A DNA stretch of 64,000 bases from assembly GCF_963921235.1 (NCBI RefSeq), contig NC_086097.1, forward strand, positions 228,534,001-228,598,000, in the 5' to 3' direction. The notes under the pieces are model-generated. The model did not search any database. It had not been told where the DNA came from and was given only the letters and a program-made list of their open reading frames with translations. The position numbers were made by a program, and so were the translations under genes. This DNA comes from Mobula hypostoma. Taxonomy: Eukaryota. The first letter of the stretch is position 1. Each line of letters opens with the position of its first letter. Below are positions 1-12,379 of the stretch, in pieces.

Positions 1-1751
1 GATAGACAAAGGAGAATCAGTAGATGTTGTGTACTTGGATTTTCAGAAGGCCTTTGACAAGGTGTCACATAAGAGGCTGCTTAACAAGATAAGAACCCAT
101 GGTTTTATAGGAAAGATACCAACAAGAACAGAGCATTGACTGATTGGGAAGAGACAAAGGGTGGGAATAAAGGGAGCCTTTTGTGATTGGCTGTGCTGAC
201 TGGTGCTTCTTTTTACACTACATATCAATTATTTGGATGATGGAATTAATGGCTTTGTGGCCAAGTTTGCGGACAATAGGAAGATAGGTGGAGGCACTAG
301 TTGAGTGAGGAAGCAGGGAGGATGTGAAAGGTCTTGGACAGGTTAGGAGAAAGGACAAAATAGTGGCAAATGGAATACAACGTTGGGAAGTGTATGATCA
401 TCCACTCTGGTAGAAGGAATAATAGTGTAGATTATTTTCTAAGTGGGAAGAAAATTCAAAAACCTGAGGTGCAAAGGGACTTGCGAGTCCTTGTGCAGGA
501 TTCCCTAAAGGTTAATTTGCAGGTTGAGTTGGAGGTAAGGAAGGCAAACGCATTGGTAGCATTCATTTCGAGAGGACTAAACACAAGGATGTAACGCTAA
601 AGTTTTATTGGCACCGGTGAAACTTCACTTGGAGTATTGTGAGTCCCTCAATTAAGAAGGGCTGTGCTGACATTGGAGAAGGTTCAATGGACGTTCATGA
701 AAATGATTCCAGGAATGAAAGGCTTATCGCATGAGGAGTGATGGATGTCTCTGTGCCTTTACTTGCTGGAATTTAGAAGAATGAGGGGTGATCTCATTGA
801 AACCCATCAAATGTTGAGATGTGATGTTGAGACTCTATAAGGCACTTGTGAGACCATCTTGGAGTATTGTGGGCAGTTTTGGGCTTCTTATTTTAGAAAG
901 AATATACTGATATTGGAGAGGGTTCAGAGTAGATTCACGAGAATGATTCCAGGAATGAATGAAAGGGTTACCGTATGAGGAACATCTGGCAGCTCTTGGG
1001 CTGTATTCCCTGGAGTTCAAGAGAATGAGGGGGGATCTCATAGAAACATTCCGAATGTTAAAAGGCCTGAACAGATTAGATATGGCAAAGTTATTTCCCA
1101 TGGTAGGGCATTCTAGGACAATAGGGCACGACTTCAGGATTGAAGGACATCCATTTAGAACAGAGACACGGAGAAATTAGCTCAGTCCAAGGGTGGTAAA
1201 TCTGTGGAATTTGTTGCCACGAGCAGCTGTGGAGGCCAAGTCATTGAGTGTATTTAAGTCAGAGATAGATAGGTTCTTGATTAGCCAGGGCATCAAAGGG
1301 TATGGGGAAAATGCAAGGGGGTGGAGATGACTGGAAGAATTGAATAACGGAGCAGACTTGATGGGCCAAATGGCCTACTTCTGCTCCTATATCTTATGGT
1401 CTTATGTTGAAAGGTCTAGAGAGAGTGGATGTGGAGAGAATGTTTCCTACAGTGGGGGAGTCTAGGACCAGAATGTGCAGCCTCAGAATAGAGGGACTTC
1501 CATTTAGTATAGAAATGGGGAAGAATGGAGATTCAAGTGGTGAATCTGTGGAAGTCGTTACCATAGGCAGCTGTGGAGGCCAAGTCATTGGGTGTTTGAA
1601 GGCAGAGATTGCTATGTTCTTGATTAGTCATGGCATGAAAGGTTACAGGGAGAAGACAGGAGAATGAGGTTAAGAGGGAAGTGGATAAGCCTGATGTAAT
1701 AGCGGAGCAGACTTGATGGGCTTAATTCTACCCCTATGTCTTATGGTTTTA
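1..1751 (+). mobile_element. Decayed CR1 LINE ORF2 (RT to 3' end), interrupted by a second CR1
   Basis: Translates to DVVYLDFQKAFDKVSHKRLL and C-terminal CR1 motifs; ends in a cttatggttttatg tail; resumes at 1404 after the nested copy. Confidence 0.9.
818..1403 (+). mobile_element. 5'-truncated CR1 3' end nested in CR1
   Basis: ORF 959-1180 (LGLYSLEFKRMRGDLIETF); tail tcttatggtctt; atgttga duplicated at 811-817 and 1404-1410. Confidence 0.85.
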
Positions 1752-2024
1752 TGTGACAGAAATAAAGCAATTTACCAGTTTGCTGAGCTGGAACTCGAGC
1801 TCAATGTGTTCCTGACTATGTGGTTTCCAAATAATTTGTTGTTCCCAAATGACACACAATGTGTATGTACCACTCTTTATTCTCCTGCCAAGTTATTCAG
1901 CAAGTTATCTAAAGTTGTTTGTTTAGCTGTGAAGTTGTTAAATTGTTTAGCTAATAGTATTACACAAACCTAAAGCACTAACGATAAGCATTGAATTTGT
2001 ATTTAAGATGACAACATTAATCTA

Positions 2025-2898
2025 AGTTGAAGTTGAAGTTTAAGTTTAATTATCAGTCAACCATACATCAATACAGCCGAATGAAACAGTGTTCCTCTGG
2101 GACCAAGTTGCAAAACACATTACCAAAAGCACATAGCACAGAAATCACATATGGTTACCATAGCAGAAAAATGTACAGTCACAAAAAAATAATAATATAG
2201 CCCACGTTTAACAGCAACTTTTATGTGGGTTGCTTGAATTTCCAGCATCTGCAGAATTCCTGTTGTCCACATATAACAGCATGGCCTATAGATTGATGAT
2301 GTAGTCCTGATCCAGCTTGTTCTTCCACAGAGTGAACACCAGAGAGCAGCACTGAGCAAACACTGAAGAGCAGGACCGACAGAAGGGCCAGTCCCTAACC
2401 CAGCATGGGCTCCAGCATATGCATAGAGGCCTCTGGACTCTCCCTCACTGCCTCGGCATCTTCCCTCCTGGACAGATGTAACAGGCAATCCCACGGCCTG
2501 AAGGCCTAGTTCTCACCACAACTGAACCAAAGCAGATCCCCCAGCTGTCAGTCTCGTCAATGGACCAGTGAACTGCAATTGCAGTATTTCACAATACCAA
2601 TGTCCAACAGGGTCTTGAGATCACAAGAAAAATGTCCTAGACAATCACTTGCATCCTTTTACTTTGGAATGCACACCACCTTGGCACAACAACAGTATGC
2701 AGCAAATCCAGGCGACAACACAACAACAGTGAGTAACAAGTCCAATTCCATCGCTAGTGGGGGAGAACTTCAGTACTTAATGTTCTTGATAACCAGCAGT
2801 GTCTCACAATTGTAAGATGTACGTAAAGGATATACATTAACAACTTTGCTTGGACCCAGAGCGGCCGCTGCTTCTGAGCAACTCTGTCATCTTACCGG
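2025..2898 (-). mobile_element. Non-coding LINE-derived (Rex1-like 3' end) element, apparently full length
   Basis: Minus strand starts ccggtaagatgac (AAGATGGCG-like) and ends in a short aacttc/aactta repeat tail; the 3' end matches the + strand copy ending near 7790; a PLE terminal fragment lies at ~2205-2265. Confidence 0.55.
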
Positions 2899-2916
2899 AC
2901 TCAAGTCCCTACCAAA

Positions 2917-4030
2917 CATAGAACATAGAACAGTACAGTACAGGCCCTTCGGCCCACAATGTTGTGCCGACCCTCAAACCCTGACTCCCATATAAGCCCC
3001 CAACTTAAATTCCTCCATATACCTGTCCAGTAGTCTCTTAAACTTCACTAGTGTATCTGCCTCCACCACTGACTCAGGCAGTGCATTCCACGTACCAACC
3101 ACTCTCTGAGTAAAAAACCTTCCTCTAATATCCCCCTTGAACTTCTCACCCCTTACCTTAAAGCCATGTCCTCTTGTATTGAGCAGTGGTGCCCTGGGGA
3201 AGAGTCGCTGGCTATCCACTCTATCTATTCCTCTTATTATCTTGTACACCTCTATCATGTCTCCTCTCATCCTCCTTCTCTCCAAAGAGTAAAGCCCTAG
3301 CTCCCTTAATCTCTGATCATAATGCATACTCTCTAAACCAGGCAGCATCCTGGTATATCTCCTCTGTACCCTTTCTAATGCTTCCACATCCTTCCTATAG
3401 TGAGGTGACCAGAGCTGGACACAGTACTCCAAGTGTGGCCTAACCAGAGTTTTATAGAGCTGCATCATTACATCGCGACTCTTAAACGCTATCCCTCGAC
3501 TTATGAAAGCTAACACCCCATTAGCTTTCTTAACTACCCTATCCACCTGTGAGGCAACTTTCAGGGATCTGTGGACATGTACCCCCAGATCCCTCTGCTC
3601 CCTCCACCATGACCCTCTGCCTTCTGCAGGCAAGCCAATTCTGAATCCACCTGGCCAAACTTCCCTGGATCCCATGCCTTCGGACTTTCTGAATAAGCCT
3701 ACCATGTGGAACCTTGTCAAATGCCTTACTAAAATCCATATAGATCACATCCACTGCACTACCCTCATCTATATGCCTGGTCACCTCCTCAAAGAACTCT
3801 ATCAGGCTTGTTAGACACGATCTGCCCTTCACAAAGCCATGCTGACTGTCCCTGATTAGACCATGATTCTCTAAACGTCCATAGATCCTATCTCTAAGAA
3901 TCTTTTCCAACAGCTTTCCCACCACAGACGTAAGGCTCACTGGCCTTTAATTACCCGGAGTATCCCTACTACCTTTTTTGAACAAGGGGACAACATTCGC
4001 CTCCCTCCAATCCTCCAGTACCATTCCCAT
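2917..4030 (-). mobile_element. Young CR1 3' fragment with an internal deletion in RT
   Basis: ORFs 3539-3940 and 2974-3720 match CR1 RT and C-terminus; (ttctatg)n tail; near-identical to copies at 49.9-52.2 kb and 56.6-57.9 kb. Confidence 0.95.
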
Positions 4031-4194
4031 GGTGGAGGCAGATACACTAGTGAAGTTTAAGAGACTACTATATGGGTATATGGAGGAATTTAAGTTGGAG
4101 GCTTATATGGGAGGCAGGGTTTAAGGGTCGGCACAACATTGTGGGCTGAAGGGCCTGTACTGTGCGTACTATTCTATGTTCTATGTTCTATGTT
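4031..4194 (+). mobile_element. Inverted duplicate of the CR1 3' end
   Basis: Reverse complement of ~2915-3067, including the tail. Confidence 0.9.
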
Positions 4195-4570
4195 TGGTAG
4201 GGACTAATATACTAAACAGCCAGCCCAAGTTCCAAAATGAAACTCAGTGAGTTCTACATTCTGATCTGCTTGTTGTCTTCAGTTTTACTGCCTGTAGTTA
4301 TTTTGACAGATTACCTGCTGGTCTCCGCTATTTTTCCTCTCCCTACTGCATTTCCGTTCCCTGCAGAATTTCCACTCTCTCCCGTTTGCCAATATCAGCC
4401 GTTTCGCTGCTCCTCTGCAGTTTTGTTGCCCTCTACTGTATACCTGCCCTGCTTGTCCCCTGGCCCAATCAGAATGCTCTCTGTTCTAGTAGTGAAACAT
4501 TTATACTGCTGTGAATAAAGTGCGAGTGAGACGAATTGGTAGATCTTTCAAATTACTGGTTGAGTATATT

Positions 4571-4734
4571 GGGGTGTCGGGGGCTCTGGATAGAGGTAGC
4601 ACCTTTGATGTCTGGAAGCTGCACTCTACCTCATAGGGTAGACGAGCAACGCTGGTCCTCATCCATCTCCTAAATCTCTCTCGTCCGCCTCCAAGTGGTA
4701 CACCGCTTCAGCTGGCCAGCTAAATGATGTGAGG
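4571..4734 (+). ncRNA. Candidate HDV-like self-cleaving ribozyme (probably decayed)
   Basis: P1 ggggtgt 4571-4577 / acaccgc 4700-4706; P3 gcc / ggt around L3 tccaagt; J4/2 gCtaaa with C4720; P2 tctctcgtc 4677-4685 / gatgtgagg 4726-4734; the P1.1 GG is absent. Confidence 0.55.
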
Positions 4735-5032
4735 TGGTGGTGTTAGCACAACACCACCGGGTGAAGGACCTCGTCGGTGAGGTCTCCGGCTAGGGTGGAT
4801 GCCTTCCTCGAAGAACTACAACAGCCATGTGTTCGAGACCAGGGTGAGCCACCGAGTTGGAGGACATTAGCCTGGAGAGGGATGGGCAACACCAGGCCTC
4901 GTCAGCCCAAGGCACGCAAAAGCATTCCTACGACCCATAGGCGGGTTGTGGGATCTGACCGAACTGATAGTAGAGCAAATGTCCTCCTTCAGTGGCACGT
5001 CAGCGTACAGAAGGTTTTCCTACAGTTATGTA
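4571..5032 (+). mobile_element. Short CpG-rich structured non-coding element, possibly derived from an RTE-clade LINE
   Basis: Sharp GC/CpG rise at 4571; multiple hairpins; tatgtatg tail; possible decayed TSD tgagtatatt (4561-4570) / tgaatgtact (5033-5042). Confidence 0.5.
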
Positions 5033-5715
5033 TGAATGTACTTTGCTTTCTCTCTGGTGACCCCGTCGAGTAGCCTAATTCCAGTTTATAGAAAACTATT
5101 CCAAAGTATTGGCTGGCAGAAATGGATTGGATTGGATATTCTCAGGTTCAGCTAGAAACTGAAGAGATTAAGTGTCCACAAATAAGTGGAAAAAAACATG
5201 TCATTAGAAGGAGTGATATGTGAGCCAGTGAGCCAGTGACCCAGGAACATAGATTGAAACAGAGATAGTGTTTGATGCTGTGACCGGCTGTGACATCATC
5301 TCAAGTGCCATCTTAAATTGTCATACATTTTAACTCTGGAGCAAATACTTCACTTAACTTCCCATCTCTTAACACATTTAGCAAAACCCAGACTGTCTAG
5401 GGCAGTTATAAAATACAAAGTGGAAGGGTTATTATAATGATGGATCCATAAAGAAGGGTTACAAAGCCAATGACACAGGCCAAGCGAGATAGGGTAAAAT
5501 TAAATGATGCTCGTGATCTCTGGTGGCATCTGTGGATATGCTTCATATCAATGAGCTAAGTTAACAATGGATGGCTGTTCAGCAATTGGAGAAGCAGGGA
5601 ATGGAGGTCAGTGAAATAACGATAGGAATAGATTTGTGATTTGGTGGATGGTAACAACAGTTATACAACAATGGGATATGAGAATTCTGTTGCTTAATTA
5701 TATCTACAATAAATA

Positions 5716-6224
5716 CCTGGTATGGAAGTTGTCCTGTCCAAGACCAGAAGAAGCTGCAGAAGATCGTGAACACAGCCCAGCACATCACACAAACCAATCT
5801 TCTGTCCGTGGACTCACTTTACACCGCACGCTGTCGGAGCAGTGCTGCCAAGATAATCAAGGACACGACCCACCCAGCCAACACACTTTTCGTCCCTCCT
5901 CCCTCTGGGAGAAGGCTCAGGAGCTTGAAGACTCGTACGGCCAGATTTGGGAACAGCTTCTTTCCAACTGTGATAAGACTGCTGAACGGATCCTGACCCG
6001 GATCTGGGCCATACCCTCCAAATATCCGGACCTGCATCTCGGTTTTTTTGCACTACCTTACATCCCATTTTCTATTTTTTATTTATGATTTATAATTTAA
6101 ATTTTTATTATATTTACTATTGATTTGTACTCCGGGGAGCGCAAAGCACAGAATCAAATATCGCTGTGATGATTGTACGCTGTAGTATCAAATGTTTGGC
6201 AACAATAAAGTAATAATAATAATA
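5716..6224 (+). mobile_element. Rex1/Babar-like LINE 3' fragment
   Basis: ORF 5766-5996 (IIKDTTHPANTLF..PSGRRLRSLKTRTARFGNSFFPTVIRLLN); aataaa followed by a (taa)n tail. Confidence 0.85.
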
Positions 6225-6762
6225 GGACCTCATCTACTATTCTAATTAGATACCAAAAAGAAAGCAACATGAAGTGAGTGCAGATGGCACAGAATGGGGC
6301 TGTACTTCCAACATTTGTTTTATTTTTCAAGTTTCTGGCTTTTTCACAGATCTCAAGTCAATTAGAAATCTTCTGTTAACACTGTTTTCTGTGGATGCTG
6401 AGTACCTCCAGCAATCTGGGTGTGTTATGCTGGTAATTTCAGTTTTTTGGGCTCCCTCCTTAGTTTAAACCTTAATCATTGTGTAAACCTGATATTGGCC
6501 AAACAGGTGCGGGGCGGGTTGTCAGATGATCTCGGCGGGCTGGGGAGGTCTGGACTACATACGTGCATATACTGTGTCGTATTTTACTGATATTCTAGAT
6601 GTGTTTGCTGACTTGCATGTGCAAGGACTGGGCCGTGGTTTCACGCAGGGGGAGTGGGGGATTGTGGGGGTGGTGTCAGGACTCTCTGCACGTGCAGTCC
6701 CAACTGTTGTGTGTAACTGTTGATAATGTGTTTTTAGCACCTTGACTCTGTTGTAACGTTGT

Positions 6763-7745
6763 CCTGTGTAGCTGGATCCTGGACTTCCTGTCAGGTCACC
6801 AGCAGGTAGTAAGAGTGGGCTCTCACATCTCCGACCTTCTGACCCTCAACACAGGACCACTCAGGGCTGTGTCCGCCACCCACAGCTCCAATCTGCTAAT
6901 TAAATTTGCTAATAATACTACATTGGCCTAATCTCTAATAATAACGAGGCAGCCTACAGAGGGGAAGTCATCACCCTGACACAGTGGTGTCAAGAAAACA
7001 ACCTCTCCCTCAACGTTGCAAAAACAAAGGAGCTGGTTGTGGATTACAGGAAGAATGGAGACAGGCTAGCTCCTATTGGCATCAATGGATCTGGGGTTGA
7101 AAAGGTGAGCAGCTTTAAGTTCCTCGGCATAAACATCACCGAGGATCTCACTTGGTCTGTACATACCAGCTGTGTGGTGTAAAAGGCACAACAGCACCTC
7201 TCTCACCTCAGAAGGTCAAAGGAGTTTGGTATGGGCCCCCAAATCCTAAGAACTTTCAATAGGGGCACAATTGAGAGCATCCTGACTGGCTGCATCACTG
7301 CCTGGTATGGGAACTGTACTTCCCTCAATCACAGGACTCTGCAGAGAGTGGTGTGGACAGTCCAGCGCATCTGTAGATGTGAACTTCCCACTATTCAGGA
7401 CATTTACAAGGACAGGTGTGTAAAAAGGGCCCAAAGGATCACTGGGGACCCGAGTCACCTCAACCACAAACTGTTCCAGCTGCTACCATCGGGGAAACGG
7501 TACCGCAACATAAAAGCCAGGACCAACAGACTCCGGGACAGCTTCTTCCACCAGGCCATCAGACTGGTTAATTCATGCTGATGCTATCGTATTTCTACGT
7601 TATATTGACTGTCCTGTTGTACATAATTATTATAAATTACTATAAATTGCACATTGCACATTTAGACAGAGACGTAACATAAAGATTTTTACTCCTCATG
7701 TATAAGAAGGATGTAAGTAATAAAGTCAACTCAATTCATTTCATT
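6763..7745 (+). mobile_element. Rex1/Babar-like LINE RT/3' fragment inserted in an older repeat
   Basis: WILDFL, KFANNT and LNVAKTKELVVDYR motifs; ORF 7231-7581; (attc/tttc)-type tail. Confidence 0.85.
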
Positions 7746-8517
7746 TCATTCGGCTGTATTCATGTATGGTTGAACAACATTTAAACTTGAATGGAATGGA
7801 ATGGAAGAAAGTCGGTGAGGTTCCTGCAGTGACGGCTCAGAGAACCTTTTTCAAACCAGCAAGGAACCTCTAAGGGTTGGCTGAGTCTTATGAGCCGATA
7901 ATATGAGTAGGTTGCTCTTCTCCCAAGTAACCAAGACTGTCTTTAAAGTTAAAACTTCTAAGTAAGTTTACTATCAAAGTACACAGATGTCACCGTACAC
8001 AGCCCTGAGGTTCATTTTCTTGTGGGCATTCACAATAAACACCATAGAAGCAATGAACTACTGCACCCAACAGGACAGACAAACAACTAGTGTGCAAAAG
8101 GCAAACAACTGTGCAATTACAAAAAGAAAGAAAAAAGAAATAACAATAAATTAGCAATAAATATCGAGAACTGAAGATGAAGAGTCCTTAAAAGTGAGTC
8201 CTCAGGTTGTGGGAACAGTTCAGTGAAGGTGTGAGTAAAGTTGTGTGAAATTATTCCGTCATTCAAGAGCCTGATGGTTGAAGGGTAATAATTGTCCCTG
8301 ATCCTGTAGTGTGCATCCCGAGGCTCCTGTACATTATTTCTGGTAGTAGCAGTGAGAAGAGAGCATGACCTGGCTGGTGGGGTCCCTGATGATGGATGTT
8401 GCTTTCCTGCAACAGTGCTCCATGTAGAAGTGTTCAATGGCATGGAGGGCTTTCCCTGTGATGGACTGGGCCATAGCTACTGCTTTTTGTCAAATTTTTT
8501 ATTCAAGGGTATTGGTG

Positions 8518-9586
8518 TGTCAGGAAGAAACGATGCTGGACATGACACAGGCCCTGAACGAGACTAGGATAGAGGGCCTGGGCTAGGACTTGACTAGGAA
8601 AGCGGAACCAGGACAAGGAACTAGGAGCCTGAGCAAGGACTCTAAGCCAGAGACTGGACAGGGACCTGGAACCTCGGACTTGTCTCTGGCTCGGACCCCG
8701 GATCTAGGCGAGGACAAGACGTGACTACAGGACTGGATGTGGCTACAGGACTGGATGTGGAACTCCTGCATAGGACGAGGCACATGGACAGGATGAGAAC
8801 CTGAACCTTGACTTGGTCTTAGCAGACCAGGAACACAGAGACTTGGTCTTGGCAGAAGAGGAACATTTAACACAGAGCCAGGACCCCTCCTTGGGAACAG
8901 GACTTGGACCCGGGGCTCTACACACAGTCAGGACCCCTCCTAGGGAGCAGGGCGTAGTGCCGGGACTCATACACAGAACACAGAGACAGATCTCCACTCA
9001 AGGTAGCAGCAAACGGCCAGACCTACCCAGCAGAGGCGAGGGCACGAAGAGTCGGTTCCCAACACAAGTTAGCAGCAAACGGCCAGACCTACCTAATGAA
9101 GATATGGACATGAGACAGTTCCCAACTCAAGGTAGTGGTAAACAGCCATACCTACCTAGCAAAGGCGTGGACATAGAGTCAGTTCCCAACTCAAGGTAGC
9201 AGCAAACATCTGGACCTACCTAGCAAAGGCGAAGACACAAAAAGACAGTTCCAAACAACGATAGACAGTTCTTTAACTAGACACAGCAAGGCTCCAGTCT
9301 AGCTCCGGCAGTAGAACTTGACAGAAATACAGGCAAGGACACAGGCAAGTTTGCAGGCAAGTCCTCAGGCCAAGGCTTCAGACAAGACTTCAGGCAAAGG
9401 CTTCGGAAGGGAAAGGGGAGGGAACAGTCCAGCAAATGAAACTGAACCCAGGAGCTATTTATGTAGCCATCCCAAAATCAGAATCATGTGCCTTAATTAA
9501 GGCACACAACAGGACAAGGGAAAATCGGAAAACCTGGAATACAGATCGTGAACCGGAATGCGGACTTCATGGACTGGACCATGACA
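8518..9586 (-). mobile_element. Solo LTR (Gypsy-type) with internal tandem expansions
   Basis: Homologous in reverse complement to 39922-40558; tgtca at 8518 and tgaca ending at 9586; lacks ~100 bp of that copy's 3' end. Confidence 0.75.
8983..9250. repeat. ~63-66 bp tandem repeat x4 inside the LTR
   Basis: Unit gagacagttcccaactcaaggtagcagcaaacggccagacctacctagc... Confidence 0.85.
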
Positions 9587-12379
9587 GGAAGAGACCCTAT
9601 TACCAATCCAAAGTGACTGGGGTTTGTAAGTGAAAACATTGAGGATCTGGTTGCACAAGGAGGTATTGAGGCCAAGATCTTATTGATTACTTTTGAGTGG
9701 ATGACAGTATTTAACACTGAGCTGTAGTAAATGAAGAGCATCCTGATGTACGTATCTTAGCCATCTAAGTGTTACAGATGTTCCAGAGTTGAGTGAAAAG
9801 CCAATGAAGTGGCATCTGTTGTTGAATTGTTGTGACGGTAGGCTAATTGGAGCAGATCCAAGTCACATCTCAAGCAGGAGTTCAGATGTTCCAAGACCAA
9901 CCTCTAAGCACTTCATTACATTGGATACTTGGTCGTGTATTAAAGATTTGTGCCAATCAACTGGCTGGTGTGTTTGCCGATGTCTTTAACCTTTCACTTC
10001 AGTGGACTGTAGCACCCACCCGCTTCAAGCAGACTTCAGTTATTCCAGAGCCTACGTCTTGGCCCGATAATTTCTGTGGGTTCATCCTCCTGAAGGATGC
10101 TCTTACATTGGCTTCAGAGTCTGAAATCACAGGGTCACTGGGAACTGTGGGAGTTCATGAAAGTGCCTCCCTGTTTCAATGGTCAAATTGAGCATTAAGC
10201 TACTCTTGAAACGAAGCCTTGTTCATCCTATGTCATTTGGTTTCACTTTGTACGAGGCAATCACATTCAAGCCCTGGATCAGCTGTCAAGCATCCTTTAG
10301 TGATTCAAGTATGGCCCAGAGTTGCCACATTGCATGTCAGTTGGCTTTCTGGAGATTGTACCTGGACCTCTTGTACTTTATTTGGTCGCCAGACCTGAAT
10401 GTCATTGATCTGGCCCACAGCAGATTGTGGATTTCATGGTTCATCCAGGATTTCTGGTTGGGGAAGTTACTGAATGATTTTGTGGGGGCCCACATGATTT
10501 TGTAGGAGCCCTGATGAATGCTGAAAAATTGTCTGGCAGAAAAATTACTGCAAAGTTCAACAAAATCTTGAGGACTTGCTTTTTATGCATGTGATCCTTC
10601 AATGTGAGAGCTCATTCAATTCCTTCTGTCAGAGCAGGTATGTTTGAAAACATAAAAAGTTCCATTATGCTTAATATATTAGTTAAGAGTGGTCATTACC
10701 CCAAAGTAAATATTTGTCCAGATTAAGGCTTTTAAATTATTTCTCCAAATGATAAGTTTGTCCTTACAGCCTCCTTAGAAAAATATTATTCATAATGATA
10801 TGCTGCTTGAAATTATTTGATGCGGTGTGGCTTTGTTTTTAATTCTATATCATTTCAAGGAGAAAAGGCTTGTTTTCTCCTCATCAGTGGCTCAATAATG
10901 CATTTGCTGCAGGTTTTTCTCTCTGTTCCCAAGAGGAATTGTAAAGGGTATAATGTACTAATAATATAAATGGCTGTTTCATTTCACTGCACCAATGCAT
11001 GCTTCAGAGAAATCTCAACAGAGCCTTCAGCCTCAATTGCTACATAGACTAAGAATGTCCCTTAGATGTATTTAACATTACTGGCCGCAAGAGCTTTCAG
11101 TCATGAACTATATCAGGTGCTGCACCTGACTATTGCTAATGCATTAATCATTGTTGTATATAAGCGCCTATCCCATGAATGCTAAGCTCAGACTTGCATA
11201 TAATTAAGGCCTTCTGTGCCGCACAGACTGCAAGCTTTAACCCTTATTGTTTGAAAGGCAGGCTTTTATTCCTATTCATTATGTTTTTATTGTTTAACAC
11301 ATTTTAGCTATTCCAGTTAATTGTGTGGACGCCTAAGAAATAGAATACTCTACCTGATGGAACCTATCGTTTTCTGGCTAGCTATTTATTGCACAAGATC
11401 AATAAATGTATCAAAGCGTATCTGTTCAAAACTGAGAAAAATGTTGGGTATTGAACACCATAATGAATTTTTAATGTATTTTGAAGCATCTTCTGTTAAA
11501 ATATATCACAATTTGTTTTGTTTTTCTTCTAAAGGCGGAAGGTCAAAGGTCAATGTTAGCAATGAAAGCCAGATATTCATAACATCTAGTTACTGAGGAA
11601 AATGAATTCAGTCGGCAAGTACAACATGATGAGACTGTAATCATACCAAAAGAACCTTCACAACAGTATAATTTAACCCAGAAAAAAATGCATTTCATAC
11701 TAAATAATAATCCAAAATGTTGAACTCCTTAGATGGCAACTCAAGTTTAATAATGAAAATTATTAGTACACAAAATAGGAATAGGCCAGATATTGTCATT
11801 GTTTATATTATGTACCTCAAGGCATTTAGATAATAGAAAATATAGCCTGCCTTCTCCACTTATGAATTGAGGTCTATTATAGGTAACTGAATGTTTGCTG
11901 CAGTAGACAGTTCCATTATTTGTATAAAGCAAAGTGCAATAGCAATGAAACGCATTATAAGGAAATAGTTTCAAAATACTTTCTGTGTCAGCCCATAAAT
12001 GCCTTAGTGTGAGGACTGTACTGTATACTTTTCTACATTTCCCAAAGCAGGTAGAAATTTTATGGAGAAGTGGCTTCCTGCCGATGCAAGACCTAAGCCA
12101 ACTTCAACCTTAAGTCTCATTTAAAAACCACCCATGAGCTATAGTTGCTGAAAAGTCATTGCCCCAGCCTCCCACTTGAAGAGTGGGAAGGCTGCTGGCT
12201 CCTGGGATGAGCTTGATGGCAGGAGCAGTCTGGGAGCTGGTAACCTTGTGGGGAGCCACAGCTGCCTGATGGTTTCCAATGACCCCAGGAGAATTGACAG
12301 CGTCATGGGCCTTTTAAATGAAGACTCCATATTCCAGGACAAGCTGTTTTGAATGCAGGGGACTTCGGTGAGAACTTTG

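Larger units (their letters stand above)
7950..10490 (-). mobile_element. Fragmented Rex1-like LINE interrupted by an LTR, with a + strand piece at ~9930-10030
   Basis: NYYPSTIRLLN in ORF 8117-8443; + strand GRVLKICANQLAGVFADVFNLSL..PTRFKQTSVIP. Confidence 0.7.

Noticed and set aside
4855..4912. Minus-strand CTGACGA followed by a stem (possible hammerhead)
   Set aside because: No GAAA after the stem, and G-U pairs nearby favour + strand structure
4571..5070. Telomerase RNA or 7SK as the identity of the structured block
   Set aside because: No CTAACCCTAA template and no 7SK 5' motif
8983..9250. Regularly spaced repeats resembling a CRISPR array
   Set aside because: Whole units are homologous with no unique spacers; eukaryotic LTR context; no cas genes
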